Made by a program: the position numbers and the translations under genes | In this document: positions 48,409 to 59,092 of the stretch, piece by piece | How positions within the stretch are numbered: the stretch's first letter is position 1 | Layout of the letters: each line of letters starts with the position of its first letter | IMG/VR virus record: IMGVR_UViG_3300025121_000027 | Span: 1 to 64,000 of that record | Length of the DNA: 64,000 nt | Strand: one strand, 5' to 3' | Source of the DNA: a virus | Notes under the pieces: model-generated | What the model was told of the DNA's origin: nothing | What the model saw: only the letters and a program-made list of their open reading frames with translations | Database searches by the model: none

Positions 48409-50220
48409 ATGGCAGATATCATTCTATCACAAGAAGGCGAAGTAATACCTTCCAACGAAGGCGATACGGTATTCGATTATTCTGAATATACCTTATCTGC
48501 TGAAGCTGGTAGTATTACTCTTGCTGGTACTGCTGCTGATGTAGTTAAAAACTATGCTGTTTCCGCCGATGCAGGAAGTATTGCTTTAACTGGTACAGAT
48601 GTAGGATTAATTTCCGTATTTATAATTACAGCTGAAGCAAGTAGTATTGCCTTAACTGGTGCAGATGCAACATTAACAAAACAAATACCAATCGATGCTG
48701 AAGCTGGTGCTATATTTTTAACTGGTACCGACATCGATTTAACCGCTACTCGTTTAATTGATATTGAATCTGGAAGTATATCTTTAACAGGAACAGATGC
48801 CTCTCTTGAACGTCATCGAATATTTGACGCTGATTCATCTTCTATATCTATAACGGGTACTGCCGCCGATTTAGTTAAAAACTATGCTGTTGTTGCTGAA
48901 GTTGGAAGTATTGTCTTAACTGGTACAGACATTGATCTAACTGCTACTCGTTTAATCAGCGCGGAATCATCTTCTATATCTATTACTGGTACGGACGCAG
49001 CACTAACAAGACAAATACCAGTCGATGCTGAAGCAAGTAGTATTGTTTTAACTGGTGCGGATGCAACATTTATTTATTTATATCAAATTCAAGCCGACGC
49101 TGGTTTATATTCTACATCTGGCCAAGATGCCTCTTTAGTTAAAAACTATGTTGTAGTAGCTGAAGCTGGAAGCATTTTAATAACTGGCATAGATGCTACC
49201 TTATCAAAGTCCGCTACTGAAAGCGGAGAAGTTGTTTGGGACACTCAAGGGGATAGAATCCCGTCAGATGATGGCGATAGAGTATTCGATGGAATAGATG
49301 CTCCAGATAGCTATGCTGTTTCCGCCGATGCTGGAAGTATTGCTTTAACTGGTACAGATGCTACTTTAACAAAAACAAAGACAATTTCCGCAGAATCATC
49401 CTCTTTTATTATTTCTGGTACAGATGCTTCTCTACAAAGACATATAGTATTTGCCGCCGAAGCTGCATCTGTATCTATTACAGGCACAGATGCTACACTT
49501 ATAAGAAACCGTTCTGTTGCCGCTAATGCTACAAGCTTTATTGTTTCCTCTATTGGCGCAACTTTACAGAAAACGACTATATTTGATTGTGATAGCGCTC
49601 AAATTTCGCTTTCAGGAGAAGACGCTGCTCTTATACGCGCCTTTGTTCAATCGGCAGAATTTGGCTCGATTTCATTATCAGGTAATAATGTTGATTTATT
49701 AAAGTCTCTTTCTCTGTCTGCTAATGCAGGAAGTATCTTAATATCTGGCAAGGCCGCTGATTTATCTCAGCTTGCCGCTTTAAGTATTTCTGCTGATTCT
49801 GGAAGTATTGCTCTAACTGGTACTGATGCAAGTTTAGATTTTACTTTAAGAGTTCTTCAAGCAGAGCCAAGCAATATATCTATTATTGGTAAAGATGTAG
49901 AATTAACAAGAGCACTAACTGTTCAATCCGATCCTGCATCTTATTCTATTGTTGGCAGCGATACCCCTCTTACCAGAGGAAGATATATTGCGGCTAATGT
50001 TGGCAACATATTTTCTTCCGGCAAAGATGTTGATTTTATAAGAAGTTATGTTTTTGATGCAGAATTAGGACAATATGTTTTAACAGGAAGTAGTGTTAGT
50101 TTGGATTTAGCAGTAGTTATGTTACCTCACGGGTTGGCAAGTCTTTCTGTTTCTGCAAAGCTACCAGTAATATCGGCAGAAGCAAGAAGACCTGGAATAA
50201 CAGCGACATTGAATTTATAA
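48409..50220 (+). CDS. Repetitive beta-rich virion protein (A-[ED]-AGSI-x-LTG-x-DA repeats)
   Basis: About 19-20-aa unit repeated more than 20 times; DNA-level repeats near 48552 and 49312. Confidence 0.7.
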   Translation: MADIILSQEGEVIPSNEGDTVFDYSEYTLSAEAGSITLAGTAADVVKNYAVSADAGSIALTGTDVGLISVFIITAEASSIALTGADATLTKQIPIDAEAGAIFLTGTDIDLTATRLIDIESGSISLTGTDASLERHRIFDADSSSISITGTAADLVKNYAVVAEVGSIVLTGTDIDLTATRLISAESSSISITGTDAALTRQIPVDAEASSIVLTGADATFIYLYQIQADAGLYSTSGQDASLVKNYVVVAEAGSILITGIDATLSKSATESGEVVWDTQGDRIPSDDGDRVFDGIDAPDSYAVSADAGSIALTGTDATLTKTKTISAESSSFIISGTDASLQRHIVFAAEAASVSITGTDATLIRNRSVAANATSFIVSSIGATLQKTTIFDCDSAQISLSGEDAALIRAFVQSAEFGSISLSGNNVDLLKSLSLSANAGSILISGKAADLSQLAALSISADSGSIALTGTDASLDFTLRVLQAEPSNISIIGKDVELTRALTVQSDPASYSIVGSDTPLTRGRYIAANVGNIFSSGKDVDFIRSYVFDAELGQYVLTGSSVSLDLAVVMLPHGLASLSVSAKLPVISAEARRPGITATLNL

Positions 50221-50238
50221 CGAAAGGATTTAAAGAAG

Positions 50239-50667
50239 ATGGCATCATTTAATAAATTTCAGGATTTCGCAGAGCAGTTGGCAAAAGGTATTCATCAGCT
50301 TCATGCTGCTGGTCATACTCTTAAGGTCTACTTGAGTAATGCTGCACCGTCTGCTTCTGCCGATGCGGTTAAAGTTGATCTTGCAGAAATTACCATGACT
50401 AATGAAACAACTCATGGTGCTGGTGGTGGAGATATTCAAAATGACTACACCGAGACTGCTGGCGTTGGGACTTTGACTGGTACTGATGTTACTTTTCTTG
50501 CTACCGGCGCTCTTGGCCCATTTAGATATGTAGTACTTTATAACGATACCCCTACCGATCCTGCTGATCCTTTGATTGGCTGGTGGGATTATGGTAGTGA
50601 AATCACTCTAAACGCTGGCGAATCTTTTACTGTAAACTTTGGCGCATCTATTCTTACGATAGAGTAA
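50239..50667 (+). CDS. Putative phage structural protein
   Basis: MASFNKF..., GPFRYVVLYNDT and LIGWWDYGS..TL..GESFTV.F pattern typical of phage virion-associated proteins. Confidence 0.6.
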   Translation: MASFNKFQDFAEQLAKGIHQLHAAGHTLKVYLSNAAPSASADAVKVDLAEITMTNETTHGAGGGDIQNDYTETAGVGTLTGTDVTFLATGALGPFRYVVLYNDTPTDPADPLIGWWDYGSEITLNAGESFTVNFGASILTIE

Positions 50668-50680
50668 TAGGTAAATAATA

Positions 50681-51031
50681 ATGATATCTATCTCTGAAAC
50701 AGCAAAAGAAAACAGTACTATTATATTTGATGTTTCTTTTACAGATGAAGATGATGCAGATGTAACGCCAGAAAGCATTGCATGGACTCTTGTTGATTCT
50801 CAAGACAATGTTATAAATAGTAGAGATGGTGTTTCTGTATCTGTACCAGCGCCGACTGTTTCAATAGTACTTACTGGAGACGATTTACAAATACAGACTT
50901 CAGAAAGATATCAGAAGAAGGTTTATAGATATCTTATAGTCGAAGCAATTTATAATAGCGACGCTGGAGATGGTTTATCTATTACAGAATCTATCAGATT
51001 TAAAGTTGAGAACTTGATCCATCTTGTTTAG
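50681..51031 (+). CDS. Hypothetical Ig-like/BppU-like protein
   Basis: Beta-strand pattern. Confidence 0.45.
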   Translation: MISISETAKENSTIIFDVSFTDEDDADVTPESIAWTLVDSQDNVINSRDGVSVSVPAPTVSIVLTGDDLQIQTSERYQKKVYRYLIVEAIYNSDAGDGLSITESIRFKVENLIHLV

Positions 51032-51044
51032 AGGAAAACATATT

Positions 51045-52196
51045 ATGAAGAAAATGTTTTTTCTTATTTTAGCGTGTTTTGCGCTAATGCTGAATACAAG
51101 TACCCTTTTTGCTGCCGCGCGTCCTGACGGCAAAAAGACTATGTATTTAGCTACTGCTTTATCAGGCGGTGCTTCTGGCGCATTAGATGCTTTTGATATT
51201 ACTGGAGCTGGCACTCCAAATACTTATGATTTGGTAGATGGCGACACTTGTATTGTTACTACTTTAAGTAGTACTACTGGTACTTCTTATAGTTATGTTT
51301 TTGATGTTGATGGGACAGATGCAGAATCTTCTCCATCTATAATTAGGCCAGACGATTATGATACTGCTGGTGTGTGGCGTCTTGCAGTAGTATCAATGGA
51401 GTCTTTAGCTCTCGTTCCTTCTACTTCTCCAGGCTTTGATCTTTATGATTCTGATAATCCGGGTACAGATAAATGGACAGCATCATTTGAAGCAGCCTAT
51501 GTGGATGGAGCAGACGGAGCAGAAAATAGCGATATTTTGATTTATATCAATCAGGGCGGTACAAAAACGCTTGTTCTCCAGTTTGATGAATCAGATGATC
51601 AATGGGAGACTTCTAAAGCGATTAACTCTTCTGGTGGGTTTGTAGGGGCTTTAACTGGGAATGCTTCTACGGCTACGGCAGCAGCTTCTCAAGCAATCAC
51701 GGATAATGCTATCATCACGGCAGATGCGGCAGATATAGCAGATAATGACTATGCCAAGTTCACAGCAAATGGTGTAGAGGGCCGATCTTATTCCGAAGTA
51801 CTTTCAGACATCGGAGCGGCGGCAACTGCACACACTACGCAGTACTCGGCAACTCCTGTAGTCGATGACGCCGATAACTTTGATGATAACTTCACCAGTG
51901 ATAATCTCTACGGCGGGACTTTCATCGCTAACGCTGCCGGAACCATTATACTTCCCGATCCCGCCGTTGGCATGAATTTCACAATAGTACTGGAAACGAC
52001 CGGCGCAGTAATCGTTGACCCGCTCGACACCGGAACCGCCGACACAATCGTAATGAACGGGCTTGCTGCTGCCGCTGATGAAAACATCACGGCGGGCGCT
52101 ACGGGTGCATTAGGGGATATGTGTGTCTTCCAATACAGAGCCGCAAATAGTTGGATGGCGACTTGTACCGGATGGGCTGAAGCTACACCTCCGTAA
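51045..52196 (+). CDS. Signal-peptide fibre-like protein
   Basis: MKKMFFLILACFALMLNTSTLFA; GALTGNASTAT fibre-like motif. Confidence 0.6.
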   Translation: MKKMFFLILACFALMLNTSTLFAAARPDGKKTMYLATALSGGASGALDAFDITGAGTPNTYDLVDGDTCIVTTLSSTTGTSYSYVFDVDGTDAESSPSIIRPDDYDTAGVWRLAVVSMESLALVPSTSPGFDLYDSDNPGTDKWTASFEAAYVDGADGAENSDILIYINQGGTKTLVLQFDESDDQWETSKAINSSGGFVGALTGNASTATAAASQAITDNAIITADAADIADNDYAKFTANGVEGRSYSEVLSDIGAAATAHTTQYSATPVVDDADNFDDNFTSDNLYGGTFIANAAGTIILPDPAVGMNFTIVLETTGAVIVDPLDTGTADTIVMNGLAAAADENITAGATGALGDMCVFQYRAANSWMATCTGWAEATPP

Positions 52197-52208
52197 TAAG
52201 GGGATTAT

Positions 52209-52982
52209 ATGAAAAGAATAACATCAGTAGTTTTAATACTTCTGGCTTTCGCGGCTCTGGCTTATGGCGGGTTGCTGCAAGAACGGCAGGCGGCTGTGGT
52301 TGCGGCGCGGTCGGTGCCGGTGGCTTCCAGTTATACTGATGTTCTATTCCATTGGGGCGCTGAGAACACCATGGACGCAGATAAGGGTAGTGTCACCGGC
52401 ACAAATAACGGCGCTGTTTTTGATTCGACAACCTACAAAGTTGGGTCTTATTCCATCGAGCGCGATGGTAATAATGATAATGTTGTTTTTGCTATATCTA
52501 CTTCGCACTTAGAAAAGGAGGGCGGGCAGATAGGGTTTTGGTGGTACAACGGCAACGGCTATCAGGCAGCCTCCCTTAATCGCATCCTGACGATTGTAGA
52601 CACAGGCGGTGACGATTCAATTGTTTTGAAAGTGCATTCCAGCGGCGGGCTTTCGCTTTATTGGGACTCGCAAGCCGCATCTTCGGACGCAGCAGAATAT
52701 ACAGCCGCCGCCCTATCGACATCAACATGGTATTACATCGTGCTTTTTTGGCATCAAGGCGATGCTGGAAATGATCTAATCCTGACAATCTATGATGAGG
52801 CGGGGTCGGTGGCTGGATCGGCTACCGATGCGAATATCACCGCCTTTACTGATGATCCGAGCACACTGACAATTTTTACTGCAACATCCGACGCTCACCG
52901 ATCCAATGTAGACAACTTCATAATTTCAAACGACGAAACCAGGGATATGTTGGCGGTGCGTGATGTTACGAATTTTAATTAA
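52209..52982 (+). CDS. Signal-peptide LamG/concanavalin A-like protein
   Basis: Signal peptide; KVGSYS..DG, IGFWW, STWYYIV..W and VDNFII. Confidence 0.65.
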   Translation: MKRITSVVLILLAFAALAYGGLLQERQAAVVAARSVPVASSYTDVLFHWGAENTMDADKGSVTGTNNGAVFDSTTYKVGSYSIERDGNNDNVVFAISTSHLEKEGGQIGFWWYNGNGYQAASLNRILTIVDTGGDDSIVLKVHSSGGLSLYWDSQAASSDAAEYTAAALSTSTWYYIVLFWHQGDAGNDLILTIYDEAGSVAGSATDANITAFTDDPSTLTIFTATSDAHRSNVDNFIISNDETRDMLAVRDVTNFN

Positions 52983-54435
52983 ACTTGCGGCTTTATGCCT
53001 GTTACTGCCGGCTGTCTGCCTCGGGGAAACGTACCTTGACTTTGAGGAGTTTCCCGTAACAACCGGCAGCGTACCTGGCGATTCAACAAATTGGGAGTAT
53101 AGTTCAAACACTACAAACAACTACCCAGCGAATGTCGAGTCTAACACTTCTGGATGGAAAACGAAGAGTTATTTATCCGATGGGTATAATTGGTTTTACA
53201 GGGTCCAATCTTTTCAGGGTGATGGGTGTGATGACCATTATGGCCTAAAGACCTTCGGATACTTAACGATTTCATCAAATGGGTATACCGGAAATGCTCT
53301 CCAATACACCGTAACAGGTGGTCTTAGGGACGGAAATTGCTCCACGCTCTATGGCACCGAACTATATTGCAGAGAGCAGTATAGCGGGCCTGAAGATGTC
53401 TATACATCTGGCGAAATCGGGCATCCTTATATCTATTTCAAAAAGCTGAATAGCACATTGACGGCGCGGAACACGTCGGCTTTTTCTCAGATCACAGATA
53501 AAAACAGGTGGTCAGTTTATGTTTATCTGCCGAGTGGGTATGATAATGGGGCTGGTGGTAGTTCGCCGGTAGGTGCTTCTGCTGTTAGCAAGACTTCGCA
53601 GGTTGGTATATTCCGCGACCCTGCCAGCACCGCGTATCATCATTATTTCAACTTCTGCACGCAGGGCGGTGGTTGGGCAAAGTTCCAAATAGAAGAAACC
53701 ACCAACGGCGATAACGCTACAGACGGATCGACACGATACATCCCCAACCTCCTGACAAGCACATGGCAATTTTATATCACAACCTTGCCATATGCCGGAA
53801 ATGCCACTCCACCATATAATGTTCTTTACGATAATTTGTCTTTTGATTCGGACGCATACGCCAATCAGAACAACGAGACTATCTCGAACATCGCCATTAT
53901 GTATAACGGTAGCGGCGGGTGGGAAATTTCACTGAATGATAAATATAAAGATGCGACGACTGTCCGCTCGTATGCGACCTATGAACTTCGTTACTCCTTG
54001 TCAGGAGCTATAACAAACGAGAATTGGAATAGTGCCACTCCCGCTCAAATTACAGCAGACAGTAGATTCAGAATCCTCGCTCGGACTGACGGAAAATTCC
54101 AGAAGTGGGTAACGTACAGTCAATTTGTGTGGGCTCCATTTACCTTAGAGGTAGAAGACACGGCAGCTTTAACAGGTGGATCAACTGTGTACTTCGCGGT
54201 TAAAGATATTAGTCAAAATCCGGCAGATTTAACAGACCCAGTTGACGGAATCAACGGCTATTGGGCGACAAGCCAAGGCGGTAGAGATTATGTCGCTCAG
54301 TCAGCATACTTCGATTATGCGAACGACGAAGCCGCATTACCACTGATAAAAAGGATCAGCTACACCATCGCGGGGGTCGGAATCCGCCGCATGTCCGGCT
54401 CAGGCGCAGTAATACGCGGAGGAAGTTATAGATAG
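52963..54435 (+). CDS. Signal-peptide, beta-rich putative carbohydrate-binding protein
   Basis: MLRILIKLAALCLLLPAVCLG; rich in Y/W/G/S/T. Confidence 0.55.
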   Translation: MLRILIKLAALCLLLPAVCLGETYLDFEEFPVTTGSVPGDSTNWEYSSNTTNNYPANVESNTSGWKTKSYLSDGYNWFYRVQSFQGDGCDDHYGLKTFGYLTISSNGYTGNALQYTVTGGLRDGNCSTLYGTELYCREQYSGPEDVYTSGEIGHPYIYFKKLNSTLTARNTSAFSQITDKNRWSVYVYLPSGYDNGAGGSSPVGASAVSKTSQVGIFRDPASTAYHHYFNFCTQGGGWAKFQIEETTNGDNATDGSTRYIPNLLTSTWQFYITTLPYAGNATPPYNVLYDNLSFDSDAYANQNNETISNIAIMYNGSGGWEISLNDKYKDATTVRSYATYELRYSLSGAITNENWNSATPAQITADSRFRILARTDGKFQKWVTYSQFVWAPFTLEVEDTAALTGGSTVYFAVKDISQNPADLTDPVDGINGYWATSQGGRDYVAQSAYFDYANDEAALPLIKRISYTIAGVGIRRMSGSGAVIRGGSYR

Positions 54436-54489
54436 AAAGGCGAACATGAAATGAATAGCAGCAACTTTTACTTTTAGGACATTAAAATA

Positions 54490-54939
54490 ATGTTTTATCT
54501 TATATCTTCAGAAGCAATAAGAAAAGAGTTGAAACAGTTTGATATCTTCTTTGGAAAGAAGATATCAACAACTGAAAGTTTACTTGATACAAAATTTATT
54601 CTCTTATCAAAAGAAGAACTAAAAGAAACAATACAATGGGCTAATGGTAGAATAGCAGAAAATTACAATGTAAAACCAGAAGAAGTAAAGAGTTTGTGGA
54701 AATCATTGAAACATGATTGTGATGATTTTGCTAACGAACTTTGTACTTTTTCAAATATGCGTTTTGCTTTAATGAAAGAAGCAACTGCTTCACCAGCAAT
54801 TTTTAGAGTGATAGTAGATAGAAATCCACTTCCTCATGCTTTCAATATGTGTTTTACACAGCAAGGAATTTGGTATGCTGATCTTTCAAGAGGTGTAGAT
54901 ATATGGCAGGAAAATCCAACCATATTAGGATTCGGATGA
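54490..54939 (+). CDS. Papain/transglutaminase-like cysteine-protease fold protein
   Basis: DCDDFA and HAFN motifs. Confidence 0.55.
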   Translation: MFYLISSEAIRKELKQFDIFFGKKISTTESLLDTKFILLSKEELKETIQWANGRIAENYNVKPEEVKSLWKSLKHDCDDFANELCTFSNMRFALMKEATASPAIFRVIVDRNPLPHAFNMCFTQQGIWYADLSRGVDIWQENPTILGFG

Positions 54940-55766
54940 TGAAAAAGTATTTTATCATATCTTTTTTTATTCTACTTTGCGCTTGCGGAAAACAATACCA
55001 ATTAGAGCGTACTGGTGTAGAGTTCGATGCAGACAACGATAATGTGTTCGACGACTCTTTCAAATTTGACGTGGATAATCTCTACGACGACGGCTCGGCG
55101 TTGTCTGCGGATATTCTTGCTTTACTTAAAGCAGACTCTGCTGCTGACACGGGAATAGCATTTTTCACAAATGCAAACGCTACGACTATTTTTGGGTTCA
55201 CTTACACCGATCTTGATTTCGGCGCATTTACTGGCTCGACGATTCCAGACGATAGCGATGCGAAGGAAGCATTTCAAGCCCTTGAAACAGAAGTAGAGAC
55301 AAAAGCAGACACCACAGGAACGGTTGGGGCTTTTACTCTTGCCGATCAAACAAGCCAAATAGTGGACTTTCTCAGCCTGACCGCTGGCGAAGCGATTACG
55401 GCAGGAAATCCCGTTTATGCCAAATGGGACGCCGGATTGGAAGAGATATGTATTTTTGCATACGACGCAGACGCGGCAGACGCGGCAGACTTCTTTATGC
55501 TTGGAATAGCAAGCTCAAGCGCAAGCGCAGAAGCCGCAGTACAAGTATGGGTTGGCAAAGCGATGCTGATGAGACGCGATACCTTTTCTTTCCCCACGGC
55601 CACTTACGGAAAGCCATTGTGGTCAACGACTACGGCGGGTGGGATTAGTTCAACACCACCTCCAACAGCCGGAGATCATGTAATCAAAATTGGTACTGCC
55701 GTTGCAGCAAACTACATTCTGTATCGCTTCAGTATTGATGATACTCAACGGGAGCCAGCCCCATGA
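54936..55766 (+). CDS. Lipoprotein-signal protein with C-terminal capsid-cement/fibre-like module
   Basis: MMKKYFIISFFILLCAC lipobox; AGEAITAGNPVY...G....STTTAGGIS.TPP..G..V.KIG.A. Confidence 0.55.
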   Translation: MMKKYFIISFFILLCACGKQYQLERTGVEFDADNDNVFDDSFKFDVDNLYDDGSALSADILALLKADSAADTGIAFFTNANATTIFGFTYTDLDFGAFTGSTIPDDSDAKEAFQALETEVETKADTTGTVGAFTLADQTSQIVDFLSLTAGEAITAGNPVYAKWDAGLEEICIFAYDADAADAADFFMLGIASSSASAEAAVQVWVGKAMLMRRDTFSFPTATYGKPLWSTTTAGGISSTPPPTAGDHVIKIGTAVAANYILYRFSIDDTQREPAP

Positions 55767-58456
55767 AGTATATCCTATCTCTTATTTTTTTACTCTTCGC
55801 GGCTCAAGCAAGTGCTGCAACCTATTACGTTACTCAAAGCGGAGATGGTTCTGGCGATGGTTCCACCTTAGGAAACGCCGCGAGCATAGCAACCCACAAT
55901 GCCGGGACAGGGGTATTTGCCGACCTATCCGGCGATACCGTGAGCATGTCGGGAAATATCACAACAACCCTTCAAGCACGAACCGGAGCCACCTATGGCG
56001 GCACGGCTACCTTTACCACTTACAGCGCGAATTCCACTTCAATAAATATCTCCGGCGTCAGCAACGTCACGGTTCAAGACACCACAGTAGATTGGGACCA
56101 CACCACGGCGATGGGTTCGACCCTTATCAACTTGTATGGTATCAGGGTTATAAACAGCTCCAATATCTCAATTGATCATAATACCATCACCGAAACGCCC
56201 AATGCGATCCTTATTTATACTGATTCTGACACAGTGAGCATCACCCGCAATACTTTCCAAAGAAATACTGAAACCGGCATTTTCATGACGGCGACCTGGG
56301 ACCACCCGATAACCAACGTCACCATCGGCGGTTCGGCGGTCAACGCTAATACTTTTATCGAGAACACCTATAAGACTCTTTGGGGCAGTAATACAGTAGG
56401 TTACGACATTCGGGCCGATCAATCTACTTCTCATTTGGTTGTCAGCCACAACCATCACTACTCCAATACCGCCAACTACATGATGTCCGCGCTACTTTTG
56501 CATGGGACTAAAAACGTGCTGGTCGAACACAACAAGATGCACGCCAACCGCGCTTTCAACGCAAGGCCGATGATCTCTATCAAGGGAGCGGACACCGCAA
56601 CGACGACAGACGCTTATAAGGCTCCATATAATATCATTATTCGCTTTAATGAGTTGTGGGACTTGGACGTAGCGTTGAATCCGTACACCGCTCCGGCTCA
56701 AGATGGTATATCGGTATCCGGCAACTGGCACGACATTTATATTTACGGCAACTGGATTCGTGACGCCGATATGGGGATTGATTTTAACCCCGGCAACTGG
56801 TCGTCTCCTGCGACAGATACAGACGGGGTGCATGTTTACAATGGGTTTGTTTGGGCCAATATAATTCAGGATTCCGTAACTGGCTTGTCGATCACTGAAT
56901 ACTCCGCGACTGACCGTTTCCAAAAGATTTACTACCTAAACAACACCGTCCACAATGCTGGCGCGTTTTTATTGGCAGCATCAGGCAATCGCCTGGAAAA
57001 CGTCTATGTGAAGAACAACATAATCCACACTTCTCCGAACGGTTCTTATACTTTCCGCGCTCCCGTTCCGACAAGCTACACGGTTGAAACAGATTATAAT
57101 ATGCACTGGCCCTCAAGCCATGCCAATGTATACTGGCAAAATTCTGCCTCTTGTACTCCGTGCGCTTATAATTCTGCCAATGTACCAACAGGCCAAGGAG
57201 ACAATGACCTTTCAGCCGACCCTCTGTGGATGAACTGGCACCCAGGAGATTATCGACTTTCGGTCGGCTCCACGGCTATCGGCGCAGGCGTGACAGTAGC
57301 AAATACAGATCTACCATCATTTGACAATCTAATTACGATTCAAGGTGTTACATATTGTAATAATAGTAGCGGCTCTTGCGATCAACTCTTATCTTTCGGC
57401 TATGGCCTGGGGGATGACTCTACTTTGACCATGGAGAGTTACGCTCCAACCTGGACGGCCAGATCGGGGGCATGGGACTTGGGCGCAGTTCTTCACGGTG
57501 GATCGGAAGCAGATATAACCCCACCAACGGTAACGAGCGCAACGATTGATTCGACCGGACTTTTACTGACCATTTTATTTGATGAGTCCTGCACTGGGAA
57601 TGCCGGGTTTACTATCACGCCGTCTGGTGGCGCGGCCACACTGACCTATGCCAGCGGGACCGGGCCAAATCGAGTTTATGATATATCCCGCGCTATCGAC
57701 TATGACGAAACCGTTACCTTTTCTTATACAGCCGGTGATGTTGAGGACATAGCAACCAACGCACTCGCGACCATTACTACCGTAGCCGTTGTAAACAACT
57801 CCAATGAGGGATATACGGCGGCAACGGGATTGATTCGGAACAAAGTGCCTGACCCGGTTTGTAACCTTGTGACAAACCCCACAATTAATAAAGTGGCATA
57901 TGCTCCAGCGCCGTCACCTACTCCGTCATATGCATGTTCCGAAACTGCATACAGATCAGTTACACAAAGCGGAACACTCAAAGACTCTCTTGCTGATAGC
58001 TATCTGAGAATATTTTGGGGGCAAGTAATTACAGCCGGGGAAGCTGACAGGGATATTTGCACAGTCACTTGGGACATTTCCAGAACAGCGGGAGATACCA
58101 GTAGTAAAACGTATGTCACCGAAATCTGGTCACTCGGTGGAAGCAACGAACTTGATACTCTCTTGGGCCAGTCCGATACATTGACCGGGTTCAATTCTGC
58201 GTCCACAACAAGAGTCACTTTTACTTTCAGCCCCGCCGTAACAGCAGCAGCGGGCAACGCTATAATTTTGCGAAGGTACAACACAACAGATGGAGATGCT
58301 TCAAACTATATCTCGGTGCATTACGTGTCCTCAAATGCTGATAGCAGCTACAGTTCAAAGGCCAGATGGCGTGATACGGGTGCGCTTGGCACGTCGGGGA
58401 TTGAAACCACGGTGGATTTAAGTGGAACATTCCACGCGTACGTTTTGGTAGAATAG
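55763..58456 (+). CDS. Signal-peptide right-handed beta-helix (pectate lyase-like) protein
   Basis: MKYILSLIFLLFAAQASA|ATYYV; repeated I..N.I / NNT.. coils; DP.W....GDYRL..GS.AIGAG and WDLGA. Confidence 0.75.
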   Translation: MKYILSLIFLLFAAQASAATYYVTQSGDGSGDGSTLGNAASIATHNAGTGVFADLSGDTVSMSGNITTTLQARTGATYGGTATFTTYSANSTSINISGVSNVTVQDTTVDWDHTTAMGSTLINLYGIRVINSSNISIDHNTITETPNAILIYTDSDTVSITRNTFQRNTETGIFMTATWDHPITNVTIGGSAVNANTFIENTYKTLWGSNTVGYDIRADQSTSHLVVSHNHHYSNTANYMMSALLLHGTKNVLVEHNKMHANRAFNARPMISIKGADTATTTDAYKAPYNIIIRFNELWDLDVALNPYTAPAQDGISVSGNWHDIYIYGNWIRDADMGIDFNPGNWSSPATDTDGVHVYNGFVWANIIQDSVTGLSITEYSATDRFQKIYYLNNTVHNAGAFLLAASGNRLENVYVKNNIIHTSPNGSYTFRAPVPTSYTVETDYNMHWPSSHANVYWQNSASCTPCAYNSANVPTGQGDNDLSADPLWMNWHPGDYRLSVGSTAIGAGVTVANTDLPSFDNLITIQGVTYCNNSSGSCDQLLSFGYGLGDDSTLTMESYAPTWTARSGAWDLGAVLHGGSEADITPPTVTSATIDSTGLLLTILFDESCTGNAGFTITPSGGAATLTYASGTGPNRVYDISRAIDYDETVTFSYTAGDVEDIATNALATITTVAVVNNSNEGYTAATGLIRNKVPDPVCNLVTNPTINKVAYAPAPSPTPSYACSETAYRSVTQSGTLKDSLADSYLRIFWGQVITAGEADRDICTVTWDISRTAGDTSSKTYVTEIWSLGGSNELDTLLGQSDTLTGFNSASTTRVTFTFSPAVTAAAGNAIILRRYNTTDGDASNYISVHYVSSNADSSYSSKARWRDTGALGTSGIETTVDLSGTFHAYVLVE

Positions 58457-58464
58457 GAGATTAA

Positions 58465-59073
58465 ATGCAATATCTCTGGTTCATACTTCTTCTTGCTATC
58501 TATACACCTTCACAGGCAGCACAGGTGGTGCTCCAATGGGATGCTAATAATCCTACGCCGCAGGGCTACCGTATTTTCCAGCGGTCTGAAAATGGGCAGT
58601 ATAACTATCTTCAACCTGTATGGACTGGCACGGCTACTACAACTACTATAGAGAATTTATTTGAAGGTGTTCCGTATTACTTTGTAGCTCGCGCCTTTGT
58701 TGGTTCCGATGAAAGTGGAGACTCAAACGAAGTTATGTTTATTGCTCCTGTTATTCCAATTCCAGTAATTACTCCAGTTCCAAGCTCGGAGCCAACTCCA
58801 ATGCCTCCGAAGTGCTTCCCGATTTCTGGATCAGCTGGATTTATTTCTACCATTGCTCCTGGTGAATATACTATCAAAGACAATGGTAAACTGTGGACAT
58901 TGACTATTGTTGATGTACTACCAAAGACTAACTTTTCCGGCAATATCATTACCAAGACGTTTCACAGAGAAGAGTGTAGATACTATAAATGTTTAACATG
59001 CACCGCTAATTTTGTGACCAGAGAAGCAGCTATTGCAGCAGGATATAAACCGTGCGGAACGTGTAAGCCATAA
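58465..59073 (+). CDS. Secreted fibronectin type III + Ada metal-binding-like domain protein
   Basis: Signal peptide; LQWDAN..GYRI..YYFVARAF..ES.DSNEV; FH..EC...AGYKPCGTCKP. Confidence 0.75.
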   Translation: MQYLWFILLLAIYTPSQAAQVVLQWDANNPTPQGYRIFQRSENGQYNYLQPVWTGTATTTTIENLFEGVPYYFVARAFVGSDESGDSNEVMFIAPVIPIPVITPVPSSEPTPMPPKCFPISGSAGFISTIAPGEYTIKDNGKLWTLTIVDVLPKTNFSGNIITKTFHREECRYYKCLTCTANFVTREAAIAAGYKPCGTCKP

Positions 59074-59092
59074 AAGTATAGGAGATTGGAAG

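Noticed and set aside
48409-58456. Possible diversity-generating retroelement acting on fibre genes
   Set aside because: No reverse transcriptase and no adenine-specific TR/VR pair seen; the repeats are in-frame protein repeats.
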